Position numbers and translations under genes: made by a program. Below are positions 1 through 9,192 of a DNA stretch of 64,000 nucleotides, one piece after another (position 1 is the first letter of the stretch; each line of letters opens with the position of its first letter). The stretch lies in contig JBDRRF010000035.1 in the NCBI GenBank assembly GCA_043825875.1, forward strand, positions 1 to 64,000, written 5' to 3'. The DNA comes from Pseudomonadota bacterium. GTDB taxonomy: Bacteria; Desulfobacterota; Desulfobacteria; Desulfobacterales; RPRI01. The notes under the pieces are model-generated. The model was given only the letters and a program-made list of their open reading frames with translations. It was not told the origin of the DNA and did no database searches.

Positions 1-136
1 CATTAAACTGGGATATGAATGGTAACGGTTATTGTATTATTTCCCGAGGATCTTATTAATTGTTATTAAAGCGTTGTCAGGCAAGACATGAAATAACAAT
101 AGTTTTTATGATTCATAAAAACCAAAGGAGGAAAAA

Positions 137-1459
137 GTGAAAATAAAATCAATACATATTTTTAAATACTTGGGGTTACCGCTGTTTTCCCTGCTCGTTC
201 TTCTTCTCCTGGGTATCAGAAGTCCCTTACAGGCTATGGATTTACCAAAAACCATAGATAAAACTAACTGTTCTCAATACAAAGACCTTCTGATTCCTTC
301 TATGTACCGAGCTATTGACAGGGGTGACTATATTGTTACACCGGGAAAAATCAATTTCGAATATAAGCATACCGGCAGCTTTTTAGCTGCCAGCGCAAAG
401 AATGAAGGGAAATTTGATATAACTCCTGATGGAGATTTGATGGATAAACGTACCGGGAAATACCCGGAAAATGTTTACGGTTTTCCTTTTCCCAACATTG
501 ATTTAAAAGATCCGAAGGCCGGGGCAAAGATCATATATAACTTCAATTTCCAGAGATACCGTTTTATGGCCACAAGAGAGGGAATCCGTGTTATGTGGAT
601 AGACAAAAATGGGGAAGAACGTTATATCCAAGGCTTGGATTCCCGCCTTTATATGAACGGCCGCCCGCCCGGTCAGGAACTAAGAAATCCTGACAAGGTT
701 CTGAGTTACGAATTTCAAAGAGTTTTGGAACCGATGGGTATGAAAGGGACCAACACATTGGGCTACATTTATATGGACAAAAGGCAGGATAGCAATTATG
801 CTTATGTGCCAGCCATCCGAAGGATTCGGCAAACCGGCTCAACAACGAGGTCCGACCCTTATATGGGTTCTGATTCATGGCTGGATACAAATTACGGGTG
901 GGGTGGGAAAGACAGAACCATGAAATGGAAGTATGTTGGTGAGAAAACAATACTTGTTTCTTTTACCAGCTCCAATATGATCCCGATGCAGGAATTTCCT
1001 GATGGAAGTATACATAGGGCGTTTCCCTATACCGGAACTCACTTACAATTCGGCTTTGACGATCCAAACTGGAAAGGAGCCACCTGGGCACCTCAAAATA
1101 TTATCTATGTTCCAAGAAAAGTATGGATTGTTGAACAGATGCCTAAAGATCCGTATTATAATTGGGGGCTGCACGTAAATTATATTGATCAGGAAACTTA
1201 TGTCACATGGTACAAGGAGGTATATGAAAAATCAGGAGATTTCCGTACATGGATTACTTTACCAATGCACTACAGTGAAAGCCCTAGCGGTAAAAACAAT
1301 GTAGGGGATCATGATGCTATGCTTTATATAGATGAAAAAGCGCGTCATGCTACAAGTGTAAACCGATCAGCACATCCGGAAGAATTCCTATATATGCCTG
1401 CTTCAAAACTGGACCCCAGCTTTTTTAGCGTGAATAACTTTTTGTTGTTGTCTAAATAA
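137..1459 (+). CDS. DUF1329-family exported protein (outer-membrane lipoprotein-sorting/LolA-like fold)
   Basis: GTG start after AGGAGG; N-terminal signal peptide; motifs GFPFPNID..DPKAGAKI, YAYVPAIRRIRQ, PKDPYY typical of DUF1329. Confidence 0.8.
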   Translation: MKIKSIHIFKYLGLPLFSLLVLLLLGIRSPLQAMDLPKTIDKTNCSQYKDLLIPSMYRAIDRGDYIVTPGKINFEYKHTGSFLAASAKNEGKFDITPDGDLMDKRTGKYPENVYGFPFPNIDLKDPKAGAKIIYNFNFQRYRFMATREGIRVMWIDKNGEERYIQGLDSRLYMNGRPPGQELRNPDKVLSYEFQRVLEPMGMKGTNTLGYIYMDKRQDSNYAYVPAIRRIRQTGSTTRSDPYMGSDSWLDTNYGWGGKDRTMKWKYVGEKTILVSFTSSNMIPMQEFPDGSIHRAFPYTGTHLQFGFDDPNWKGATWAPQNIIYVPRKVWIVEQMPKDPYYNWGLHVNYIDQETYVTWYKEVYEKSGDFRTWITLPMHYSESPSGKNNVGDHDAMLYIDEKARHATSVNRSAHPEEFLYMPASKLDPSFFSVNNFLLLSK

Positions 1460-1476
1460 CAACCCTCCATATTGCT

Positions 1477-1506
1477 CATCGGGAAAGTGCTATCACTTTC
1501 CCGATG
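1477..1506 (+). terminator. Perfect 13-bp hairpin after the DUF1329 gene
   Basis: CATCGGGAAAGTG-CTAT-CACTTTCCCGATG; only a weak U tract follows. Confidence 0.55.
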
Positions 1507-1523
1507 TTCTAAAGAGATTATCT

Positions 1524-1570
1524 AAAAATAAACAGGCCAAAGGCTATATGCTTTTGGCCTGTTTATTTTT
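1524..1570. terminator. Bidirectional intrinsic terminator between convergent genes
   Basis: AAAAATAAACAGGCCAAAGGC-TATAT-GCTTTTGGCCTGTTTATTTTT, with A/T tracts on both sides. Confidence 0.75.
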
Positions 1571-1598
1571 TAGTAGTTGTCAAGATTATGTTTGGAAT

Positions 1599-2615
1599 TT
1601 AACTTCTGATTCTCTTTTTCAATTCTTTAATAAGCGCCATGCACAACTGATTTGTATCGGCAACAATAGCTACATCCGCCTTTTTCATCATGGTTGCGTT
1701 GGGATTTTTATTTACAGCTATAATAAGTCCGGCATCCCGTATGGCAGCCGTATGCTGGATGGCGCCACTGACTCCGAAAGAAAAAAGAACATCGGGGTTA
1801 ATATGCTTTCCGGCCTGGCCTACCAGAAGTTCGGGATCTGCCCAGTCTGAATAAACTACAGGACGGGTGGCGCCCACTTCTCCACCTAAAAGCCTAGCCA
1901 GTTCAAACAGTTTTTTAAACCTGTTTTTACCTCCCATTCCGCGCCCGCCGCACACAACAACGTCTGCCTCTTCTATCCTCTGACCGCGATGCGGTTTTCT
2001 TTGATAATTAACAATCCTCAATCTCTCTTTTGGCAGATCTTTTGGCAGAGGCAGCCTTATCACTTCACCTTTGCGTTCATAATCATGTGGAATTTCCTGA
2101 AACATACCCGGACGCACAGTTGCCATTTGAGGCCGTTTTTCGGGTGTAATAATTTCGGCCAGCAGATTGCCTCCGAAAGCAGGAGCCGTTTGTACCAGAA
2201 TTCCCTGATCATCTATGTCCAGGCCAACGCAATCGGCAGTCAGCCCTGTTCCGAGGCGTTTTGCTATTCGTGGCGCAAATTCTCTTCCAAAAGTTGTGGC
2301 ACCTACCAGTATAATATCCGGTGCATACTCTCTGGCCAGCCTTTCCATAAGAGAGATATAAATTTCCATGCTGTATTTTTTTAAAGAGTTGTGCTCAATC
2401 ACATATACTTTATGGGCTCCGTGGGCAATATATTCACTTACATACTCATCCAGATTATGGCCGAATATAACCGCACAAACTGAAGCGCCGGTTTTGGAAG
2501 CAAGATCTCCTGCTCTCGAAAGAAGCTGCAAAGTAACTCTTGTTTGAAAATAGTTTCTGTAATCACCAAAAACCCAAATATCCTTTGCTTTTGCTGTTTG
2601 TGCTTTCTTCTTCAT
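1599..2615 (-). CDS. etfA: Electron transfer flavoprotein alpha subunit
   Basis: TGLTADC, PAFGGN, RPQMATVRPG, GGRGMG, GVSGAIQH; overlaps etfB stop. Confidence 0.95.
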   Translation of the reverse strand: MKKKAQTAKAKDIWVFGDYRNYFQTRVTLQLLSRAGDLASKTGASVCAVIFGHNLDEYVSEYIAHGAHKVYVIEHNSLKKYSMEIYISLMERLAREYAPDIILVGATTFGREFAPRIAKRLGTGLTADCVGLDIDDQGILVQTAPAFGGNLLAEIITPEKRPQMATVRPGMFQEIPHDYERKGEVIRLPLPKDLPKERLRIVNYQRKPHRGQRIEEADVVVCGGRGMGGKNRFKKLFELARLLGGEVGATRPVVYSDWADPELLVGQAGKHINPDVLFSFGVSGAIQHTAAIRDAGLIIAVNKNPNATMMKKADVAIVADTNQLCMALIKELKKRIRS

Positions 2616-3436
2616 TTTTCCTGCCCGTATGCTTTCAAATCTTTTTTAATTGCACCGCCGATTTTTCGTCCGAATTTGTCTAAAAGTTCTTCCGCTATTT
2701 TTTTTGCTGGACCTTTCATCTCAATATTTTTTTTCTCAGAAGATGGTGAATAGACTTTCAATATTCTTGTGGGAGAATCTTTTGTTCCAATAATATTAAG
2801 CTTAAGATCATCAGCATCTAATGTAATGATATTGCATTTGTCGTATGCATCCTGAATTCCTGCAAGCGGCACATACCGCGGCTGGTATTGGCTGGTTGTC
2901 ACAGTCACCAAACCAGGCAGATCCATTTCCATTGTTTCAAGAAAATTATCGGACAAACGCTTCATGCGAAGAATATTTTCCTTAAGTTCAAGCCACTCAA
3001 CATAAGCCGCGCCAGGGATTTTCAGTTCTTCTGCGAGTTGTGGCCCAACCTGTGCAGTCTCACTATCGCTTGTATGGCAACCGCACAGGATAATATCGAA
3101 ATCCGAACACTCTTTTTCAATAGCACGAGCCAGGATAAAAGATGTCATAAAGGTGTCGGCTCCTGCCAAACGCTTGTCAGTAAGCAGTATGCAGCGATCA
3201 GCGCCAATTGCCATGGCTTCTCTGAGCACTTCTTCAGCCATCGGAGGGCCCATTGTAATAGCCGTTATATGACCGCCATGTAAATCTTTTAAGCGCAACG
3301 CCGCTTCAAGAGCATGATGACAGGCCGGATTCATCATGCCTTCCGCCAGATCTCTCTTCAATGTACCTGTACGCGGATCCCAGTTCAGTTCCGACACCAT
3401 AGGCACTTGTTTTATGCATACTATCAATTTTAACAT
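2612..3436 (-). CDS. etfB: Electron transfer flavoprotein beta subunit
   Basis: IVCIKQVP, TMGPPMA, AGADT, ETAQVGPQLA, SPTRI. Confidence 0.95.
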   Translation of the reverse strand: MLKLIVCIKQVPMVSELNWDPRTGTLKRDLAEGMMNPACHHALEAALRLKDLHGGHITAITMGPPMAEEVLREAMAIGADRCILLTDKRLAGADTFMTSFILARAIEKECSDFDIILCGCHTSDSETAQVGPQLAEELKIPGAAYVEWLELKENILRMKRLSDNFLETMEMDLPGLVTVTTSQYQPRYVPLAGIQDAYDKCNIITLDADDLKLNIIGTKDSPTRILKVYSPSSEKKNIEMKGPAKKIAEELLDKFGRKIGGAIKKDLKAYGQEK

Positions 3437-3486
3437 TTTTGTCTCACTTTTATGCGAAGACCTCTGTTCGGTCTATTGCGCAATAA

Positions 3487-3572
3487 GGATTCGAGGATTC
3501 AAGGGTTCCAGGGTTCGAGAATAATAAAAAGTTTTTCACTTGAACCCTTGAATCCATGGCCCCTCGAGCCCT
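3487..3572. repeat. Inverted array of degenerate 8-mers
   Basis: GGATTCGA GGATTCAA GGGTTCCA GGGTTCGA, then a spacer, then CTTGAACC CTTGAATC CATGGCCC CTCGAGCC. Confidence 0.75.
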
Positions 3573-3588
3573 GAAGCAAGTAGCTTCT

Positions 3589-4737
3589 CTACGTTGGTTT
3601 TGAAAGCAAAGAACGCGCTATTACCATGCGCTGTACTTCGCTGGTTCCTTCATAAATCTCGGTAACTTTTGCATCTCTGAAATAGCGTTCAACATCATAT
3701 TCTTTGCTGTAACCGTATCCGCCATGAATCTGAACAGCAAGGCCGGTTACACGTGAAGCCAGTGTACTGCAATATAATTTAGCCATTGCGGCTTCTGCAC
3801 CAAAAGCCTTTCCTGAATCCTTAAAAACACAAGCTCTATATAAGAGTAATCGGGCTGCATCAATTTCGGTTGCCATGTCCGCAAGGTAATTTTGAATCGT
3901 CTGGAAATTACTTAACGGTTTTTTAAATTGTTGCCGTTCTTTTGAATATTTAAGAGCATCATCAAAAGCTGCCTGTGCTATGCCCAAAGCCTGGGCGGCA
4001 ATACCTATCCGGCCGGAATCAAGTGTAGAAAGTCCGATCTTGAGCCCGTCTCCTTTGCTTCCGAGCAAATTGCTTTTTGGAACCCGGCAATCTTCAAAGA
4101 AAAGAGAAGAAACAGGATTAGCCCGCATACCGCACAAATCTTCTATTTCTCCTACAAAAAATCCGGGCGTATTTTTTTCTGCTATTAGCACGCTGCTTGT
4201 ACTGCGCTGATTTTCCGAATCGGTGATAGCGAAAATAAGAGCTGAACCGCAGATTCCACCATTTGTAACAAATATTTTGGTGCCGTTAATGACATAATCA
4301 TCGCCGTCTTCAACTGCAGTGGTTTCAACACCACCTGCATCAGAACCGGCGTTTGCTTCGGTAAGGCAAAAAGCACCTATTATTTCTCCGCTTGCAAGTG
4401 GCGGTAAAAATTTCTCTTTTTGTTCTTTGGTTCCAAATTGTGCAATGGGATTCGTTCCCACACTGTTATGAACAGTTATGCAAAGCCCCATGGCAGCGCA
4501 AACACGTGATATCTCCTCGATAACAATTGCATAACTGACACTGTCCATTTCAGCTCCACCGTATTTTCTTGGAACCTGAAGGCCGAAAAAATTTAATGCC
4601 CGCATTTTTTCGACTACTTCTACTGGGAAACGCGCATTCTGATCAATTTCATGAGCAATAGGGCCCAGTTCTGTCTCAACAAATTTGCTCACGGTTTTAC
4701 GCACAGTTTTATGTTTTAAACAGGGATTAAAATTCAA
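3589..4737 (-). CDS. Acyl-CoA dehydrogenase (butyryl-CoA dehydrogenase-like)
   Basis: TTG start after GGAGG; CLTEANAGSD, NGTKIFVTNG, GRIGIAAQALG, HGGYGYSKEYDVERYFRDAKVTEIYEGTSE. Confidence 0.95.
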   Translation of the reverse strand: MNFNPCLKHKTVRKTVSKFVETELGPIAHEIDQNARFPVEVVEKMRALNFFGLQVPRKYGGAEMDSVSYAIVIEEISRVCAAMGLCITVHNSVGTNPIAQFGTKEQKEKFLPPLASGEIIGAFCLTEANAGSDAGGVETTAVEDGDDYVINGTKIFVTNGGICGSALIFAITDSENQRSTSSVLIAEKNTPGFFVGEIEDLCGMRANPVSSLFFEDCRVPKSNLLGSKGDGLKIGLSTLDSGRIGIAAQALGIAQAAFDDALKYSKERQQFKKPLSNFQTIQNYLADMATEIDAARLLLYRACVFKDSGKAFGAEAAMAKLYCSTLASRVTGLAVQIHGGYGYSKEYDVERYFRDAKVTEIYEGTSEVQRMVIARSLLSKPT

Positions 4738-4939
4738 AATACCCTCCGATTATTTCCCGGCTATGCCAATTGCCATAAAGCCAGGATTGATCACTTACAC
4801 AAATACAAACAACAATTATGTTTTAAAAAAATATACCCTAAAACTACCGAACAGCTAATATTGCTACTGATAAAAAATTGTTTAGGTAACTTAAAAGCTG
4901 CAAAAAATCAAGCCCCATTATAAACTCTGCGTTAAGAGT

Positions 4940-6472
4940 CTATAATATTTCAACTATCTCGAATTCCTGTAAATGATATTCATGTTCCGGATATATTACA
5001 ATTTGTCTTCCTATCATTTTTTCAAGTGAGCTTATAAGATGGCTTTCTTCAACATGGAGAAGCTCTGCTATTTCCGGGTGAACATGTAAAGCAACTTTGC
5101 TGCCGGCCATATCAAGAGATTCCCTTTGAATTTCTCTGTAAATATTATAACAAATAGTTTGCTTGGATAAAAGTTTCCCTTCTCCCTCACAGTAGAAACA
5201 AGGTTCGGAAAGCGCCTGTATCAATGGGGATCTAATCCTTTTTCTTGTCATTTGTATTAATCCCATTTCCGAAATAGGCAAAATATTCGTTTTGCTTTTA
5301 TCTTTAGATAGAGCCTCCTTAAAAGCGTTAAATACCTTTTCCTGGTTTTGCTTTTTTTCCATGTCGATAAAATCAATTATTATTATACCACCTATATCCC
5401 TTAAACGTATCTGGTAAGCAATTTCTTTTACAGCTTCAAGGTTGGTCTTTAATATAGTTTCTTCCAGATTATGCTTTCCTACATAACGACCTGTGTTTAC
5501 GTCAATTGCAACAAGGGCTTCCGTATGCTCAATTACTATATAACCACCGGATTTTAACCAGATCTTTCTTCTTATGGCACGGGAAATATCCCCTTCAAGA
5601 TTATATGCATCAAAAATAGGCTCATTACCTTCATAAAGCTCTACCGAACTTTTAAGGCTAGGCATGAAAGTATCAAGGAATGAAAGAACCGATTCATAAT
5701 CGGGACGTGAATCAATAATCATTTTTTCCGCTTCGTGCATCAAAAGATCTCTGGCGGCACGCAGGCAAACTGTAAGTTCCTTGTGAAGCAATGAAGGGGC
5801 TGAAGTCTTTTTGTATTTTTCCTGAACATTCTTCCATATGTTAATAAGGAAGCTCATTTCATTTAGAAGACTTTCTTCCTGAATTCCTTCAGCAGCAGTT
5901 CTTACAATATATCCGAAATGATCTGTTCTTAAAGAATTAACCATTTCTTTCAAACGGGTCCTTTCTGTTTCGTTCTCTATACGCCTGGATATGCCGATAT
6001 GATCCGAATTCGGCATAAGTACTAAAAATCTTCCTGGAAGTGTTGCGTAGGAAGTAGCACGCGCGCCTTTGGTGCCGATAGGCGGCTTCGCAACCTGGGC
6101 CAGCACTTCCTGGCCTTCAGTAATTAGATCTCCAATTTTAATATCATGATTTTTCTTAAAAGGATGAGCTGATTCCTGGTGCAAATTTGCGTTGTCATCT
6201 GTTTGTAATTCATCGGAATTAAAAGGGTTAAGCTCATCGAAACTATTCACATTCAGATCATCGACATATATAAAAGCAGCCTGGTTGATGCCTATATCGA
6301 TAAAAGCAGCCTGCATTCCCGGCAACACTCTTTGCACTCTTCCTTTATATATATTTCCGGCTATATCGGAAATGTTTCCCCGTTCAATAAAAAATTCCGC
6401 AATGGTTCCGTCTTCAAGAAGGGCTACCCTTGTTTCATGCTCACAGACATTTACAACAATCTTCTTATACAT
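4940..6472 (-). CDS. rng: Ribonuclease E/G family (RNase G-sized)
   Basis: GNIYKGRVQRVLPGMQAAFID S1 domain, AIDVNTG, IIIDFIDM, CFYCEGEG Zn link. Confidence 0.93.
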   Translation of the reverse strand: MYKKIVVNVCEHETRVALLEDGTIAEFFIERGNISDIAGNIYKGRVQRVLPGMQAAFIDIGINQAAFIYVDDLNVNSFDELNPFNSDELQTDDNANLHQESAHPFKKNHDIKIGDLITEGQEVLAQVAKPPIGTKGARATSYATLPGRFLVLMPNSDHIGISRRIENETERTRLKEMVNSLRTDHFGYIVRTAAEGIQEESLLNEMSFLINIWKNVQEKYKKTSAPSLLHKELTVCLRAARDLLMHEAEKMIIDSRPDYESVLSFLDTFMPSLKSSVELYEGNEPIFDAYNLEGDISRAIRRKIWLKSGGYIVIEHTEALVAIDVNTGRYVGKHNLEETILKTNLEAVKEIAYQIRLRDIGGIIIIDFIDMEKKQNQEKVFNAFKEALSKDKSKTNILPISEMGLIQMTRKRIRSPLIQALSEPCFYCEGEGKLLSKQTICYNIYREIQRESLDMAGSKVALHVHPEIAELLHVEESHLISSLEKMIGRQIVIYPEHEYHLQEFEIVEIL

Positions 6473-6519
6473 AATAACCCACCCTTTTTATCAGCTTCAT
6501 ATAATTTATTAAATCCATA

Positions 6520-9024
6520 TCATACTACGGAAATTTTTACTATACGTGCCGTTTTTAAATTTTCTTCGGAAAGAGCAAAAATATTTTTAATAACCTCAAT
6601 TGGTCTAACTGTTGTACCTGGTCCGGATAATAATACCATTTTAAGACCGGTTGGAGATAGCAAATCTATGCTGTTTATAACTTCTTTTAAATCAATCTTT
6701 TTTACAACTCCTTTTTTATTTTTTCGTTCTATAAAAGCCTCTAATTCCTTCTCGAATAATTCCAGGCTGTATTTATCAAAATTTCCCGAGTGCAATATAA
6801 CTTCATATTCATGCAGTGCGGTATTAAGGTTTTTATTTTTTGGCTTTTGATCTTGTTCGCAATGCAAAACAGATAATCCTTCGGGAAGTTGTTGGTTCAG
6901 TTTTTCTATTATTAAAAATGGGTCAGTATCGGCAGTAACTGTTAGGTATAATGTTTCACAAAGGCTTTCCATGCCTATGGGCAGTGTGTCTTCAAAGGAT
7001 ATTTTAGGCATGGGGTGGAAACCTTCCGAATAAGCAACTTGAATTGCGCTTCGCTTGATTGCCCGTAAAAATATGTTGATCATCTCAAGATGACCAAAAA
7101 ATCTTGCCGCATCTTTTTTATGGAAAGTAATTTTTAATTTTTTATAAAATCTTTTTTCCGGTTTACTTATTTTGGGGTTTATATTTATTGTTTCATTATT
7201 GTTTTCGCAAAACATTGGCTCAATACCGGCAAAATCACACACACCGCAGCTGTTACAAAAAGTTTTGCAATTATCGGACGTTTTTGCAAGCAGGGCTTTA
7301 TCAAATTCACTAATTAAAAAATCCTTAGTAACTCTGGTATCGATATGATCCCAGGGCAAAGGTTCTGATATCGTCCTTTTTCTATAAAGATAAAAAGCAG
7401 AGTCAATACCGGCAGATGATATGGCTTCTTCCCACAATCCATACCTGAATTTGTCGCTCCAGCCATCGAATCTGCATCCTTTTTCGTAGGCGGTGATAAG
7501 CAGGCTGTTAAGCCTTCTGTCCCCACGCGCCCATAATCCCTCAAGAAAGCTTACTTTAGGGTTTTGCCACTTAAAATTAATTCCTGAAACATCAAGTTTA
7601 TTTTTGATCAGTTTGATCTTTTCTTCCGATTCCTCCAAAGATATCTGAGGACACCACTGAAAAGGAGTATGCGCTTTTGGGATAAAGGTTGAAACACTTA
7701 CATTGATTGCACTGTTCTTATTGATCCTGCTTTTTCTAAGCTTATAAACAAGTTCTATAAGTTCTTTTATATCATCATCCGTTTCAGTTGGAAGGCCGAT
7801 CATAAAATAAAGCTTTATTGTCTTCCATCCCATGCTTAATGCCGTATTAACGGAACTGAAAATATCTTCTTCGTTAATGTTTTTATTAATAACATTTCTT
7901 AGACGCTGGCTTCCGGCCTCAGGTGCTATAGTAAAACCGGTTTTTCTTACTTTTTTTATATGATTTATAAGTTCAGGAGTAAGTGATCCTGCACGAAGAG
8001 ACGGTAAAGATACGGCAATATGCTCTGCTTCATATATTGTCATCAATTTTTCAAGAAGAGGATTTAATGAGCAATAATCTCCCGTACTCAAAGACAACAA
8101 AGAAACATCTTCATAGCCGGTTGAAGCAATAGACTGATTGGAGATATTAATAATGTTTTCAAGAGATCGTTCACGAACCGGCCTGTAAATCATTCCTGCC
8201 TGGCAGAATCTGCATCCTCGTGAACATCCTCTTGCGATCTCAATGCGAAGCCGGTCATGAACCGGTTTGCCGTATGGTATCACAGGTCTATCAGGAAAGG
8301 GGGCATCATTAAGATCTTTAATTATTGTTCGAGTGATTTTTGAATAATCAGAAAATTTAGGAGTTAAAATTTGAAATCCGTTTTCATCAAATCTTTCTTC
8401 AAAAAATGAAGGTATATAAACTCCTTCAATCCGGGACCAGGATTTTAAGAGCTCTTCCTTATCTTTAGACAAAGTTTCTTTCCATTTTATCCAGGCATTT
8501 GACATTTCAACAATTACTTTCTCGCCATCTCCTATCACAATAGCATCAAATATTTTGGATACAGTTTCCGGATTGGATGTACAAGGTCCCCCGGCAATTA
8601 TAAAAGGATGAGAAATATCCCTCTGGTTTGAATAAAAGGGAATCTTTGCAAGATCGAGCATTGTAAGTATATTCGTAAAATTCAGTTCATAAAGGAGACT
8701 GAAACCAATCATATCAAATTTATCAAGAGGTCTTCGTGTCTCAAGCGAAAACAGAGGCGTATTTGAAGCTCTGAGATAAGCTTCAAAGTCGACAGCCGGG
8801 GTAAAAACTCTTTCGGCAGCTATATTTTTATGGCTGTTTAAAATGTGATATATAATTTGAAGCCCAAAATGAGAAGTGCCTACTTCATATAAATCAGGAA
8901 AGGCAAGAGCAACAGAAAAGAATAATTCTTTATAATCTTTTTTTATAGTATTAACTTCCGAACCCAGATAGCGGCTTGGCTGCTCGACTAACGGCAATAT
9001 GTTATCAATATTTATTACAGCCAT
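6520..9024 (-). CDS. TIGR03960-like radical SAM protein fused to a TIGR03936-like radical-SAM-linked domain
   Basis: PSRYLGSEVN, AFPDLYEVG, RGCSRGCRFCQAG, LPWDHID, CNSCGVC, then GHLEMIN..YSEGFHPMPKISF. Confidence 0.85.
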   Translation of the reverse strand: MAVINIDNILPLVEQPSRYLGSEVNTIKKDYKELFFSVALAFPDLYEVGTSHFGLQIIYHILNSHKNIAAERVFTPAVDFEAYLRASNTPLFSLETRRPLDKFDMIGFSLLYELNFTNILTMLDLAKIPFYSNQRDISHPFIIAGGPCTSNPETVSKIFDAIVIGDGEKVIVEMSNAWIKWKETLSKDKEELLKSWSRIEGVYIPSFFEERFDENGFQILTPKFSDYSKITRTIIKDLNDAPFPDRPVIPYGKPVHDRLRIEIARGCSRGCRFCQAGMIYRPVRERSLENIINISNQSIASTGYEDVSLLSLSTGDYCSLNPLLEKLMTIYEAEHIAVSLPSLRAGSLTPELINHIKKVRKTGFTIAPEAGSQRLRNVINKNINEEDIFSSVNTALSMGWKTIKLYFMIGLPTETDDDIKELIELVYKLRKSRINKNSAINVSVSTFIPKAHTPFQWCPQISLEESEEKIKLIKNKLDVSGINFKWQNPKVSFLEGLWARGDRRLNSLLITAYEKGCRFDGWSDKFRYGLWEEAISSAGIDSAFYLYRKRTISEPLPWDHIDTRVTKDFLISEFDKALLAKTSDNCKTFCNSCGVCDFAGIEPMFCENNNETININPKISKPEKRFYKKLKITFHKKDAARFFGHLEMINIFLRAIKRSAIQVAYSEGFHPMPKISFEDTLPIGMESLCETLYLTVTADTDPFLIIEKLNQQLPEGLSVLHCEQDQKPKNKNLNTALHEYEVILHSGNFDKYSLELFEKELEAFIERKNKKGVVKKIDLKEVINSIDLLSPTGLKMVLLSGPGTTVRPIEVIKNIFALSEENLKTARIVKISVV

Positions 9025-9192
9025 ATTATTTATTTAAAAAACCTTTCATTTTAATGTTTTTATAAAAAACCCGTCATTTTTATTTCCGGTATAAAACATA
9101 TACATGGAAAAATTAAAAAAAGTACTATATATATGACATTGAATATATAAAAAAGAAACACCTGTCGAATATTTTTTTAATTGGATATTATT

